Part shown: positions 30,038-39,443 of the stretch, piece by piece
How positions within the stretch are numbered: position 1 is the stretch's first letter
Layout: every line of letters begins with the position of its first letter
IMG/VR virus record: IMGVR_UViG_3300012663_000543
Location: 1 to 59,817 of that record
DNA from: a virus
Lineage: Duplodnaviria; Caudoviricetes
DNA: 59,817 bases
Direction: 5' to 3' (one strand)
Program-made: the position numbers and the translations under genes
The notes under the pieces: model-generated
Seen by the model: only the letters and a program-made list of their open reading frames with translations
What the model was told of the DNA's origin: nothing
Databases searched by the model: none

Positions 30038-31132
30038 ATGTCGGGCGTTTACAACCGTAAGCTTTTTCAGACCCCCTCCGCACGGGATCAACTGCGTCAA
30101 GCCGGAGGCATCATGTCCAGTTCGCCGGACCTGATGATGTCTGTCATGTCAAAGAAGCAGCCCCAGAAGCCAATGGCCCCCATTGGTTACGAGGAGGGCG
30201 GATCTGTCCTCAATACCGGGCTTAGTATGCTCAACATGCCAGCCTCGCTTCCAAGCCTTGTCCTCGAAAAGTTTTCAAAGGCCCCCAAAGCTGTTGACGT
30301 CACGGCTCCGGCGGGGACTGTTCGTGATCCGTCCGGCCCGGCCAACTCGAGCCCTGCCGAAGCAATTGCGGCGGACATTGTGGCTAAGGCCGAGGACCTA
30401 GCGAGCAAGGTCGACACCGCCGCTCCTGAAGACATCGGCAAAGAGATCGTCAGCACGGCGGCTTCGAAGGGCGTCGAGTCCTCTGGCGATCTCAAGTTTG
30501 ATCTTGCCAGCATCTATGAACGGATGACGGGCGATGCCAGCGGCTATGAGAAGAACATCGACTCCTTGAACCGTGGGATTATCGGCGCAGCCATTGGCGC
30601 TGGGACCTCGGCCCGTGCGACCGAGAACATTTCTCAAGGCCTTCTTGTTGGAATGCAAGCCGCGAAGGCGACGGAAGAGCGCCGTGCGGCGGACGAGCAA
30701 GCCATCAACGCTGCGCTGCTTGAGGCTTCTCTTAAACCCAAGGATGGCAGCGGAACTCAGCCTCGCGACTACCGCAGCCCAACGGATGCCTATCAGGATG
30801 CCTATCAGTCTGTGATGGGCATGAGCGAATACGACCTACCTACCGACGCAAACGGCGCTCCTGTGGACAGGAAAGCCTACGCCACAGAGCAAGCCCAACG
30901 GATTGTGCTCGAGAGCTATACGCCAGAGCAGCTTAAAGGCACTCCGTTCGAGGGTCTTTCTGCTTCTCCAGAAGCTGCCCCTAATGCAGGTACTACCGCC
31001 GCACCCGCAAATAGTGCTATAGATGAGACAGCCGTCTTAGAGGCTGCTCGTAGTGCTGTCGCGTCAGGGGCTCCTGTCGATACTGTCAAGGAGCGGCTTA
31101 AGACGATGGGGATCGATCCGGGGAAACTGTAA
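30038..31132 (+). CDS. Internal virion/ejection protein
   Basis: SD GGAGG; RKLF; GYEEGGSV motif. Confidence 0.65.
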   Translation: MSGVYNRKLFQTPSARDQLRQAGGIMSSSPDLMMSVMSKKQPQKPMAPIGYEEGGSVLNTGLSMLNMPASLPSLVLEKFSKAPKAVDVTAPAGTVRDPSGPANSSPAEAIAADIVAKAEDLASKVDTAAPEDIGKEIVSTAASKGVESSGDLKFDLASIYERMTGDASGYEKNIDSLNRGIIGAAIGAGTSARATENISQGLLVGMQAAKATEERRAADEQAINAALLEASLKPKDGSGTQPRDYRSPTDAYQDAYQSVMGMSEYDLPTDANGAPVDRKAYATEQAQRIVLESYTPEQLKGTPFEGLSASPEAAPNAGTTAAPANSAIDETAVLEAARSAVASGAPVDTVKERLKTMGIDPGKL

Positions 31133-34100
31133 ATGGGCGCTTTTGACGATCTGATTCCAAAGGCTACTACACAAGCTCCGGAGACTTCTGACCCATTCGC
31201 GGACCTAGTCCCAGAAAAAGGGTTCATTGAAAGCAAACTGGACTTTGCCAAGTCCGTCGGCAGTGGTGTTGTAACTGCGCCCATAAGTCTTGTTCAGGGT
31301 CTCGCGGAACTTGGTGCTGCGGCCTTGGACTTCACCACGAACTCTAACACCTCCCGCCCGACCACGGAATTCTTCAACTACGCAAAGAACGTCGTTGGTC
31401 CGCAGGACAGCACGGCCCGAGCCACTGACGAGATCGTTGGGTTCGGCCTAGGGTTTATCCCGTTTGTTGGGTGGCTTGGCCGTGGAGCAAAGGTTGCCAA
31501 GGGTGCTAAGTTCATTCCCTCCACCAGCACCTTCCTAAAGTCGGCAGAGAAGTTTGGCGCGACCGAAACGGGCAAGGCTCTGCTAAAAACAAGACCTCGT
31601 CTAGTTGCGACAACTGCCGCTGCGGCAGGGGGATACGAGACTTTGTTCTCGCCCGATGGTCGCACGACTCTTTCGGATGCCTTTGATCTGGACACGCCTC
31701 TTCGAACCGAAGAGGACACGGGATTGACAGGGCGGGAAGAAGCCCTTCGCCGAATTAAGAACAAGCTTCGCTCCGGCGTAGAGGGCGCTGCCCTGAGCGC
31801 TGGCTTTGATACGGCGCTTGCAGGGTTGGGCATGGGCATTGGCGCTGCGGCAAAGACCAAGGCTGGCGCAGCTACAGCCAAGGCCGTCCGCACAGGTTTC
31901 GACACACTGGGCACAGCCGTAAGCAAGGTCCCCGGAGCGAAGACCGTTGGCCGGATTGCAACGAAGTATCTGACCCCAACGGGTGGCGCTGATCCGCGTG
32001 TCTTCGAAGAGATGATGGACACGATTACGCGCATTGATGCTACCGAGGCTGGCGGCATCAAAGCCTATACGGAATACGAGAAAGCCCTGAAGGGCGTCAT
32101 TGGCAAGTTCCGTCTCCCCGGAAAAGGGGCTGATGCTGCGAAGGCGGCTGAGAGGGACCTGTTTGATTACCTCACAGGCATGACCCCAGACATGGCAAAG
32201 TACGGGCCGGAGGTCCAAAAGGCCGCAAAGCGACTGCTTGGTGTGGCGGACAACGTGCGTGGAAACTTTATCAAATCCCTAGAGAACGAGATTGCGACAG
32301 CTATCCCCGGCACAGAGCGGGCAGTGAAGCTTCAGAACGCCTTGAAGACCATCACCGAGCGGCAGGACTCCGAGCGCGGGTTCTTGCGTCGTGCCTTTCT
32401 TGTCCACAAGGATCCGATCACCTTTTACAAAGGCCTCGATCTGGTCGGCAAGGACAAGGAACTGTACGAACAGGCTGTAAGAGAGGTGTCTTCCCACCTC
32501 CACACAGGGCAGGGAGATGCTTGGGCGACCCCGGAGGCAATGGCCTTGGCTCGTTACAAGGTCAACGAATACATCGGATTATCCTCTATAAACAGTGGGT
32601 TAAGTCCAAGAGCCGCATCTGAAAAGATGTTGGAGAGCCTGAAGGCCGAGCGCCTAGCGCCCCAAGGCGGCTTGTTTGCTCGGGATGCACCACGTCTGAA
32701 AATGACACCCACCCTGCTTACGCCCCGCGAGATTATCCTAGACAGCTCGCCCAAGCTTCGGCAGTTGCTGGGCGAGGTCACGGACCCCAAGGAGTTGTAC
32801 TACCGCACCATCGGGGACACCGCCAAGACAACCGAAGCTCTGAACTTCTACCAGAACATGAGCAAGTCTGGCCTTGTGTCCTCGTTGTCCGAGGCCATCC
32901 CGGCCATTAACGCTGGACGTAGGCCGCTGTTTGTTCAGGTTCCTAACGAAATGGCCCCCGCTGCCGACTTTGATTTTGGTCCCTTCATCAACAAGGCTCG
33001 AGAGCTAAACACTCGGACCGTGGCCCCCGGTGCTGCTGGCGCTGACCTTCCGGCCTATTTTGCTGGGAACATACAGGCAAGCGACGTCATCAAGAGCTAC
33101 GCTGACGAACTGGCCCAGAGCGGATACGTCAAGCTTGGGGAAGACAACGGCCTGACCGACGTTTTTAAAGGGCAGTTTGGCGCGTTGTCTGGGATGTATG
33201 TGGACCAGACACTGTATCGGGCGATCACCGCTCCGTTGCGCATTGGCGTCACAGGTCTCGATGAGGTCTTATCCATCCTGACGCAGATGCGCGGCCTGTC
33301 GCAGAAGATGACCATTGTTCCAAACCCCGAAAGCCAAGTACGCAACTTCCTTGGCAACACGGCGATGCTGGCAGCAACGGGCAACCTCGGTCGGTCCACC
33401 GACGTCTTTGACGTATTCAAGCTGTTTACCACCAGCCTAGATGGTCTCAGCGATCCGGGCATGGAGCGCCTAGCCAAGGTCATATCCTTGAGCGGGGTGA
33501 CTGAGAGCAACCTCGTCGTGAAGGCCTTGCAAGAATACCGCGAAGCGGGGGCCGACCTCGCTGTGTCAGGGAAGCTGCGCAATGTGATTGCAAAGGCTGA
33601 AGGCTGGCTCCCGTTCCTTAAGGTTTTCGAGCGGCTCTATGCCGACTCGGACTCGTTCTTTAAGGGCGTGGCTGTGGTCTCTGAGCAGAACAAGCTTATG
33701 CGAGCCTTCTCAGATGCCGGGTTAAACCCAAACGGTGAGATAGGTCTTCTGCAAGATCTTCAATCCACGGGGATCGTTAAGCGTTTGAGCAGCAAGGCCA
33801 ATCCAGAACTTACCTCTGTCGAGGTCATGGCTGCAGACGCCGTCAAGGATATGTTCCCGATCTACAGTCGTGTGGGTTTGGCGGTTCGTGAGTTGGACAA
33901 GTTCCCGCTCTTTGGTAACTTCATGTCCTTTGCTTCCGAAAACATCCGCAACTCCGTGAACATCGTGGATCGTGGCTTGAAGGAGATGTCCTTCACCGTA
34001 TCTGACGCCGTTCGCGGTCGGATTGGGGATGCGGCAGCGAAGACCTTTGAGGGTCGCATTAGGGAGATGGGGGCGCAACGTCTCGCATCCTTTATCTCCG

Positions 34101-35458
34101 TGGCTACTGTCCTTCCGAAGTCCGCTGTTCGCGCATCGATGGCCGCTACTGGAACCACGCCTGAGCAGATGGAGGCCATCTACGCAGAGCTTCCAGAGTT
34201 CTTTGCTGGCAACGACATTGTTATAACGAACAACGACCAGAAGGGCCGTATTGAATACGTCAACCTAAGCTACGCCCTGCCTTACTCCTTTGCTGTAGAC
34301 CCAGCCGTGGCAGGGATCCGGGCGTATAACGAGAAGGGGCGCTTGGGCGCTAACGAAGCGCAGCAGATTGCTTCGGGCATCTGGGCCTCTGTCGTTGGCT
34401 ACGCCGATCCGTTTGGTTCTGAATCGATGGTGTTCGAGCGGCTGCGCGACGTGCTGCCTAACAACATGCTTGGGCGTCAGGGCAAAACATCTTCTGGTTC
34501 CTCCGTCTACAGCGAGACTGATAGCCTGTCCGATCAGGTTCTGAGCAGCATTAACCACGTCATGGCTACCTATGTTCCGGGGTATGCTCGAGAGATCATC
34601 GAAGTCCGTGGCGGCGACATCCGTCCGGGCCGCATCACTCGCGCCATGACATCGACCCCGGGTCCGCAGGGAGAGCAGTTCAACCTGCCGACTGAGTTTG
34701 CCCGCATCGTCACGGGCTTCACGCCCATGGAACTCAACCTTACTCGAGACTTCCAGTTTGCGGGCAAGGAGTACTCACCCCTTCGTCAGGACGCCAAGAC
34801 GTCGGCAACTCGCATCATCCGCGCCCCCGACCGGACGCCGGATGAAATGCGTCAGGCATGGAGCACCTATCTGGACAACCTGTATCGGGAGCAGGGGAAG
34901 CTCTATGGGGATATCCAAGCTGCTCGGGCCTTGGGCCTTTCGGACTCCAATATCCGCCGTCAGTTAGTTAAGGAAGCCAAGCTTGGTTCTGACGAGGTGA
35001 GCAGCATCATGCGTGGTCAGTTCTATCCGGGCAAAGCTTCGGAGGAACTGTACGCCGACATTCGTCTGCAAGAACGCAACGACAAGATCAATCGTAAGAC
35101 CCCGACGGCAGAGATTCCATTTCAAGACTTCATGGCTATGTCTCGCTCCCGCTTCCGTGAGCAGCTTGTTGCGCCGGATAAGCCCGCTGCGCCCGCTCCG
35201 GCAGCGCCCAAGGCGGCAGATCCGTTTGCAGACCTTACCCCAACGGCAGCGCCCTCAAGCCCTGCTCCTGCCCCCGCTATGGCGGACCCGTTTGCAGACC
35301 TTATCCAGCCTGTGGCTCCTGCAATCCCCGCAGCGCCCAAGCTTCCCTCTGCCCCGCTGTCCCCGCAGAACAGGGCAGCGCTTTCTCCGAGCCTACTTGG
35401 CGGCGATCCTATCTCGCAGCAACTAAACTCGGAAATCGCCCAGCGGACGCAGCCGTAA
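31133..35458 (+). CDS. Large internal virion (ejection) protein
   Basis: 1441 aa, helical, last late gene; DPFADL motifs at both ends; FGNFMSFASE. Confidence 0.75.
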   Translation: MGAFDDLIPKATTQAPETSDPFADLVPEKGFIESKLDFAKSVGSGVVTAPISLVQGLAELGAAALDFTTNSNTSRPTTEFFNYAKNVVGPQDSTARATDEIVGFGLGFIPFVGWLGRGAKVAKGAKFIPSTSTFLKSAEKFGATETGKALLKTRPRLVATTAAAAGGYETLFSPDGRTTLSDAFDLDTPLRTEEDTGLTGREEALRRIKNKLRSGVEGAALSAGFDTALAGLGMGIGAAAKTKAGAATAKAVRTGFDTLGTAVSKVPGAKTVGRIATKYLTPTGGADPRVFEEMMDTITRIDATEAGGIKAYTEYEKALKGVIGKFRLPGKGADAAKAAERDLFDYLTGMTPDMAKYGPEVQKAAKRLLGVADNVRGNFIKSLENEIATAIPGTERAVKLQNALKTITERQDSERGFLRRAFLVHKDPITFYKGLDLVGKDKELYEQAVREVSSHLHTGQGDAWATPEAMALARYKVNEYIGLSSINSGLSPRAASEKMLESLKAERLAPQGGLFARDAPRLKMTPTLLTPREIILDSSPKLRQLLGEVTDPKELYYRTIGDTAKTTEALNFYQNMSKSGLVSSLSEAIPAINAGRRPLFVQVPNEMAPAADFDFGPFINKARELNTRTVAPGAAGADLPAYFAGNIQASDVIKSYADELAQSGYVKLGEDNGLTDVFKGQFGALSGMYVDQTLYRAITAPLRIGVTGLDEVLSILTQMRGLSQKMTIVPNPESQVRNFLGNTAMLAATGNLGRSTDVFDVFKLFTTSLDGLSDPGMERLAKVISLSGVTESNLVVKALQEYREAGADLAVSGKLRNVIAKAEGWLPFLKVFERLYADSDSFFKGVAVVSEQNKLMRAFSDAGLNPNGEIGLLQDLQSTGIVKRLSSKANPELTSVEVMAADAVKDMFPIYSRVGLAVRELDKFPLFGNFMSFASENIRNSVNIVDRGLKEMSFTVSDAVRGRIGDAAAKTFEGRIREMGAQRLASFISVATVLPKSAVRASMAATGTTPEQMEAIYAELPEFFAGNDIVITNNDQKGRIEYVNLSYALPYSFAVDPAVAGIRAYNEKGRLGANEAQQIASGIWASVVGYADPFGSESMVFERLRDVLPNNMLGRQGKTSSGSSVYSETDSLSDQVLSSINHVMATYVPGYAREIIEVRGGDIRPGRITRAMTSTPGPQGEQFNLPTEFARIVTGFTPMELNLTRDFQFAGKEYSPLRQDAKTSATRIIRAPDRTPDEMRQAWSTYLDNLYREQGKLYGDIQAARALGLSDSNIRRQLVKEAKLGSDEVSSIMRGQFYPGKASEELYADIRLQERNDKINRKTPTAEIPFQDFMAMSRSRFREQLVAPDKPAAPAPAAPKAADPFADLTPTAAPSSPAPAPAMADPFADLIQPVAPAIPAAPKLPSAPLSPQNRAALSPSLLGGDPISQQLNSEIAQRTQP

Positions 35459-35461
35459 GGG

Positions 35462-37372
35462 TCAGTCGATCTCGCCCCAGTTGTCTCCCATGGCTTGGTC
35501 AACCTTGCTTGGGACTTTCAACTTCAGCCCTGTCTCCATGATCTCTTTGATCTTGGCGGACTGCTCGTCGGTCTCGATGTTGAAGCAGAGTTCGTCGTGC
35601 ACAGTGAGCAGCGGAACGAGGCCCTGCTCATAGCATTCGGCCATGGCAAGCTTGTTCTGGTCGGCGGCGGAGCCCTGAACCACTCTGTTGAGCGCCTTAT
35701 AGGTGAACGCCCTACGCAGTCTGCCCATTCCTCCGTACTCGCGCTGGGCATCCTCGTACTTCATGGGCTTGTTATAGCCGAAGGTAGCGGGCTCCCACAT
35801 GTCAAAGCGACAAAGGCGACCAAGTATAGTACGAATGCGACCTTCCCTGTCGGCGCGAGTGGACGCCAGAGAGGCCAGCTTCTTCACGAAGGGGACCTTG
35901 TCTTGGTAGTCGGCCATGAGTGCCTTGGCTTGGACCTCTGTGAGGCCTAGCTGGTTGGCAAGCTTGCCCACCCCCATGCCGTACATGATGCCTAGGTTGA
36001 TGGTCTTGGCAGACTTGCGGCTGATGCCCGCCATGTCGGCCACCATCTGGTGCAGGTCGGCATCGCCCCGCTGGTACTCATCCACGATGGTCTTGACCAA
36101 AGCATCCTCTGACGTGTCGGGGTGGCTGGCGGCGAAGTGCACCAAGAGCCGAGGTTCTTGGGACGAGTAGTCAAAAGACCCCCACTTGCAGCCATCCTCT
36201 GGGACAAAAAGACCCCGGATCATCTTCTTGATGTAGGGGTCACGCGCCGGAATCTGCTGCAGGTTGGGGTTGGATGACGAGAAGCGCCCTGTAACCGTAC
36301 CGCCATCGTCGGAGCGAAGCTGGTGCATCTCGCAGTGGATGCGCCCGTCTTTCTGATAACGCAGGATCGAGTCGATGAAGGTGCTGTCAGCCTTGTCCAT
36401 CTCCCGCAGGGTCACAACGGCGCGGGCCACGGGATGCTCACAGGCTTGCAAGAACTGCTTGGTAAAGGACGGAGTTCCCTGAGCCGTTCTCGGATACTGG
36501 ATGCCAAGGGCATCGAACAGCTTTTGAACGGAGGCCCCTGCCCACGGGTCGATCTTGATCTGGGACTCGGTGAAGATGTAGGACTTGAGTTCGGTCACCC
36601 TTTTGCGGAGTTCCTTCTTGGCAATCTCCGCTTTGTCCAGATCGACGCGCACACCGCGCATCCTCATGTCGATGACGGCGGGCAGGACGCGATGCTCCAA
36701 CTCACAGACGGACAGAAGGCTCTGCTCCTCAAGCATGGGCTTAAGACGCTCCCATAGCTTCAGGGTTAGGACGGCGTCCTGCTCTGCGTATACCCCCACG
36801 TAGCGGGCGGGCAGCTTCCACATCTCGCTCTTAGGATCGATGCCCCATTCCGCTGCCGCCTGACGTAGCAACTTCTCGTCTTTGCGCATCCCCAGATAGT
36901 CCTTGCCCAGCAGGTCTAGGCGGTAGGACAGGCGGTTCTCGTCGATCAGAGGAGAGGCCAGCATGGTGTCGATTATCGGACCTTGGACCTTGACGCCCTC
37001 GGCCATCAGCCAGCCCACGTCGTAGCTGGCGTTGTGGAAGACCTTGGTCATGTGCGAGGTGGCTAGCTGCGCCTGTAGCCAACGCAGCACCATCTTGCGG
37101 TCCATGTTGGGTCCGTTGGCGTGGGCAATGGGGAAGTAGCCGGAGAAGTCCCCTGCCGCCACGGACACGCCTATGATCTCCCCACTCTTGGTAGCCCAGC
37201 CGGGACCCATGGTGGTCAGGTTTGGATCGCGAGTCTCCAAGTCGATTGCCATCGTGTAGAACTTCGTCAGGTCGGGGAACTCTGATGGCATGAACCATTC
37301 AACCTCTGGGTTGGACAGGTCCATCTTCAGGAGGAAGTCATCCGTGCTCGCGTCAAACCTGTCCTTGCTCAT
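35462..37372 (-). CDS. polA: Family A DNA polymerase (3'-5' exonuclease plus polymerase)
   Basis: DLET, HNASYD, TGRFSSSNPNLQQIP, DYSSQEPR, KTINLGIMYG, VHDEL. Confidence 0.95.
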   Translation of the reverse strand: MSKDRFDASTDDFLLKMDLSNPEVEWFMPSEFPDLTKFYTMAIDLETRDPNLTTMGPGWATKSGEIIGVSVAAGDFSGYFPIAHANGPNMDRKMVLRWLQAQLATSHMTKVFHNASYDVGWLMAEGVKVQGPIIDTMLASPLIDENRLSYRLDLLGKDYLGMRKDEKLLRQAAAEWGIDPKSEMWKLPARYVGVYAEQDAVLTLKLWERLKPMLEEQSLLSVCELEHRVLPAVIDMRMRGVRVDLDKAEIAKKELRKRVTELKSYIFTESQIKIDPWAGASVQKLFDALGIQYPRTAQGTPSFTKQFLQACEHPVARAVVTLREMDKADSTFIDSILRYQKDGRIHCEMHQLRSDDGGTVTGRFSSSNPNLQQIPARDPYIKKMIRGLFVPEDGCKWGSFDYSSQEPRLLVHFAASHPDTSEDALVKTIVDEYQRGDADLHQMVADMAGISRKSAKTINLGIMYGMGVGKLANQLGLTEVQAKALMADYQDKVPFVKKLASLASTRADREGRIRTILGRLCRFDMWEPATFGYNKPMKYEDAQREYGGMGRLRRAFTYKALNRVVQGSAADQNKLAMAECYEQGLVPLLTVHDELCFNIETDEQSAKIKEIMETGLKLKVPSKVDQAMGDNWGEID

Positions 37373-37704
37373 CGGCTATCCTTCCGGTTGTCATTCAGCT
37401 TTCCGTTCTTCTCGGCATCCAGAAGGATGTTGCAGCAAGCCATGACATGGGCGAGGTGGGGCAGACCACTCTCTGGATCAATTGTCTCCCCGTCAAACCA
37501 CGCCATCAGATGGCGCTGGGCCGCATCGTAATAGACAGTGGAGGACACCTGATGTTCGCGCCAGTTAAACCGCCCGTACTTAACAGCCCCGTTGCTGTGC
37601 ACCTGACCCATGAGTTGGATGCCAATGGTTGGGGTGTCGCTAAGTTTGGTCTTTGCCTCGCCAAAGGCCGTCTTTGGGTTATCGTCAGGGTAGTCAGAGG
37701 ACAT
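37369..37704 (-). CDS. dATP/dGTP diphosphohydrolase domain protein (DUF5664-like)
   Basis: GAVKYGRFNWR, AAQRHL, DPESGLPHLAH. Confidence 0.85.
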   Translation of the reverse strand: MSSDYPDDNPKTAFGEAKTKLSDTPTIGIQLMGQVHSNGAVKYGRFNWREHQVSSTVYYDAAQRHLMAWFDGETIDPESGLPHLAHVMACCNILLDAEKNGKLNDNRKDSR

Positions 37705-39244
37705 ATCGGTAAGCCTTATCTGTATGAACTAAGTGGAGATTGTAACGGGCTCTTGATGCCCCGACATAGAAGTTGCGGTGCTCATCGTCAGGGAAGTCGG
37801 AGTAGCAACAAGCCTTTGTCGAAGACAGATCCAAGGCCACGTTGTCTTCCTCGCCGCCCTTAGATTGATGGATCGTCGACAGCTTGAGGCGCGGCACGGA
37901 GTTGATGTCTTCCCCCCGTCTCTCGATTGCTCGGATGTAGGCTGTCTCATCCTCACCTAGGTTGAAGACCCGAAGGGCATCGGTATCCCTCGGAGCAATC
38001 AGCCCCGCCTGTGTGACCAACGAATCATAGTCGTACATCTGGTCTGCGGACAAGGCCTCGATCAGTTTGCCTGATGCTCTGCGCACCCCCGCAGCGTCGC
38101 CCATCTTCGGGATCAGTTCGTACATCTTCTTGATCTGTGCCACCGATAGGCCGTCGCCCGTCTGCAGGGTCCGCCATGATTGGATGGCCGCACCAAGTTC
38201 TGGAGCCACGCTGTTCCTGCCATATACTTGGAACATATACCCATCAGCGCGTAGCTTCTTCGCCCAATCCTGAACATAGGAGTTGGTCCTAGCCAAGACC
38301 ATCCACTTTCCTTCGCGCAAGTCCAAGTTCCAAGGACCAAGGACCCTAGACACAGAGCCCTCATGCTCCGCCGGAAAGAACTCCTTGGGAAGCCTGTCAC
38401 GAATACGACCGCTTATCCCGACTGACAGGGCATGAACGGGGGCCGAGAGCCTATAACTCTGGCTCAGGACCTCGGTGTTCTTGGAGCACTGCATGAAGAG
38501 CTTAACATCCACGCCCGCCCACCTGTGGATGCACTGATCGTCATCTCCGGCAATGAGAACGCGCTTGGCATTCTGAGCCAAGATGTCCACCATCCGCCAC
38601 TGCAAGGGGGTCAGGTCCTGCGCCTCATCGACAATCAGAAGCTCGGCCCTCGGACCTTGGTTCATGGTGCAGACGAACTGGTTGATCATGTCCACAAAGG
38701 AGATCTTGTTGTGGATGCTCTTGTACAGGGCCAGTTCTTCCTCGACCTTACGCAGCATAGGCCAAGACAGGGCCCAATCAGAAGCCTCTGAAAACTCCTG
38801 ATAGAGAGGGATGCAACGCATGATGGCCCGCTCGATCAGGTTGACGTACTTGTCCCCGCCAATAGATGGCGCAACGATCAGCCCGTCCTGCGACGATCTG
38901 TCACTGGTCCCCACGATATCGATCCCAAGGCCTTTGCCGAAGTCTTTCCACTCGGCCTGTGTCATAACGTCAGACCCGCGCATACCCAAGAGCGACATCC
39001 CAAGGGAGTGAAGCGTCCTGAAGTAGGGCAGTTCCTTGGCTGTCAGGGCAAAGGCGGCACAGGCACGGGTGACCATCTCTTCGATGGCCTTGCGTGTGAA
39101 GGATACGACGATGATCCGATCAGGACTCGTCCCCTTCTGCAGTTCCTTCCGAACCTCTTCGATCAGCCTGTGCGTCTTTCCGCATCCGGGTGGCCCTAAC
39201 AAGAGTTTTCGGGACTGAGATGAATTTTCCACGTGGTCGAGCAT
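37694..39244 (-). CDS. UvrD/Rep-like SF1 helicase
   Basis: GPPGCGKT, DEAQD, GDDDQ, QSYR, STIHQSKGGE, YVGASRA. Confidence 0.92.
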   Translation of the reverse strand: MLDHVENSSQSRKLLLGPPGCGKTHRLIEEVRKELQKGTSPDRIIVVSFTRKAIEEMVTRACAAFALTAKELPYFRTLHSLGMSLLGMRGSDVMTQAEWKDFGKGLGIDIVGTSDRSSQDGLIVAPSIGGDKYVNLIERAIMRCIPLYQEFSEASDWALSWPMLRKVEEELALYKSIHNKISFVDMINQFVCTMNQGPRAELLIVDEAQDLTPLQWRMVDILAQNAKRVLIAGDDDQCIHRWAGVDVKLFMQCSKNTEVLSQSYRLSAPVHALSVGISGRIRDRLPKEFFPAEHEGSVSRVLGPWNLDLREGKWMVLARTNSYVQDWAKKLRADGYMFQVYGRNSVAPELGAAIQSWRTLQTGDGLSVAQIKKMYELIPKMGDAAGVRRASGKLIEALSADQMYDYDSLVTQAGLIAPRDTDALRVFNLGEDETAYIRAIERRGEDINSVPRLKLSTIHQSKGGEEDNVALDLSSTKACCYSDFPDDEHRNFYVGASRARYNLHLVHTDKAYRYVL

Positions 39245-39443
39245 AGAGCCATTCCTCTACTTCGCTTTTAAAAAACCGACTTGCGGAATTGCTATCGGTC
39301 TCTTTTCCTAGGGTGACAGGCTGGGGGAAGTGCCCGTCCTTGATCCACTTGTAGATTGTGGACTCAGCCACAGCCAACCATCGGGCAACCTCATGCATCT
39401 TCAGCAGTCGGTCATCCGTGTCAGAAGGGAATATCTCGCGCAT
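39120..39443 (-). CDS. AlpA/excisionase-like winged-HTH protein
   Basis: LLKMHEVARWLAVAESTIYKWIKDGHFPQPV...SEVEEWL. Confidence 0.8.
   Translation of the reverse strand: MREIFPSDTDDRLLKMHEVARWLAVAESTIYKWIKDGHFPQPVTLGKETDSNSASRFFKSEVEEWLYARPRGKFISVPKTLVRATRMRKDAQADRRGSEGTAEGDES

Noticed and set aside
37369-37704. Z-base (2-aminoadenine) genome system
   Set aside because: No PurZ or HD-family dATPase recognisable anywhere in the window
39120-39443. Integration/excision module
   Set aside because: AlpA-like protein only; no tyrosine or serine recombinase and no att site seen
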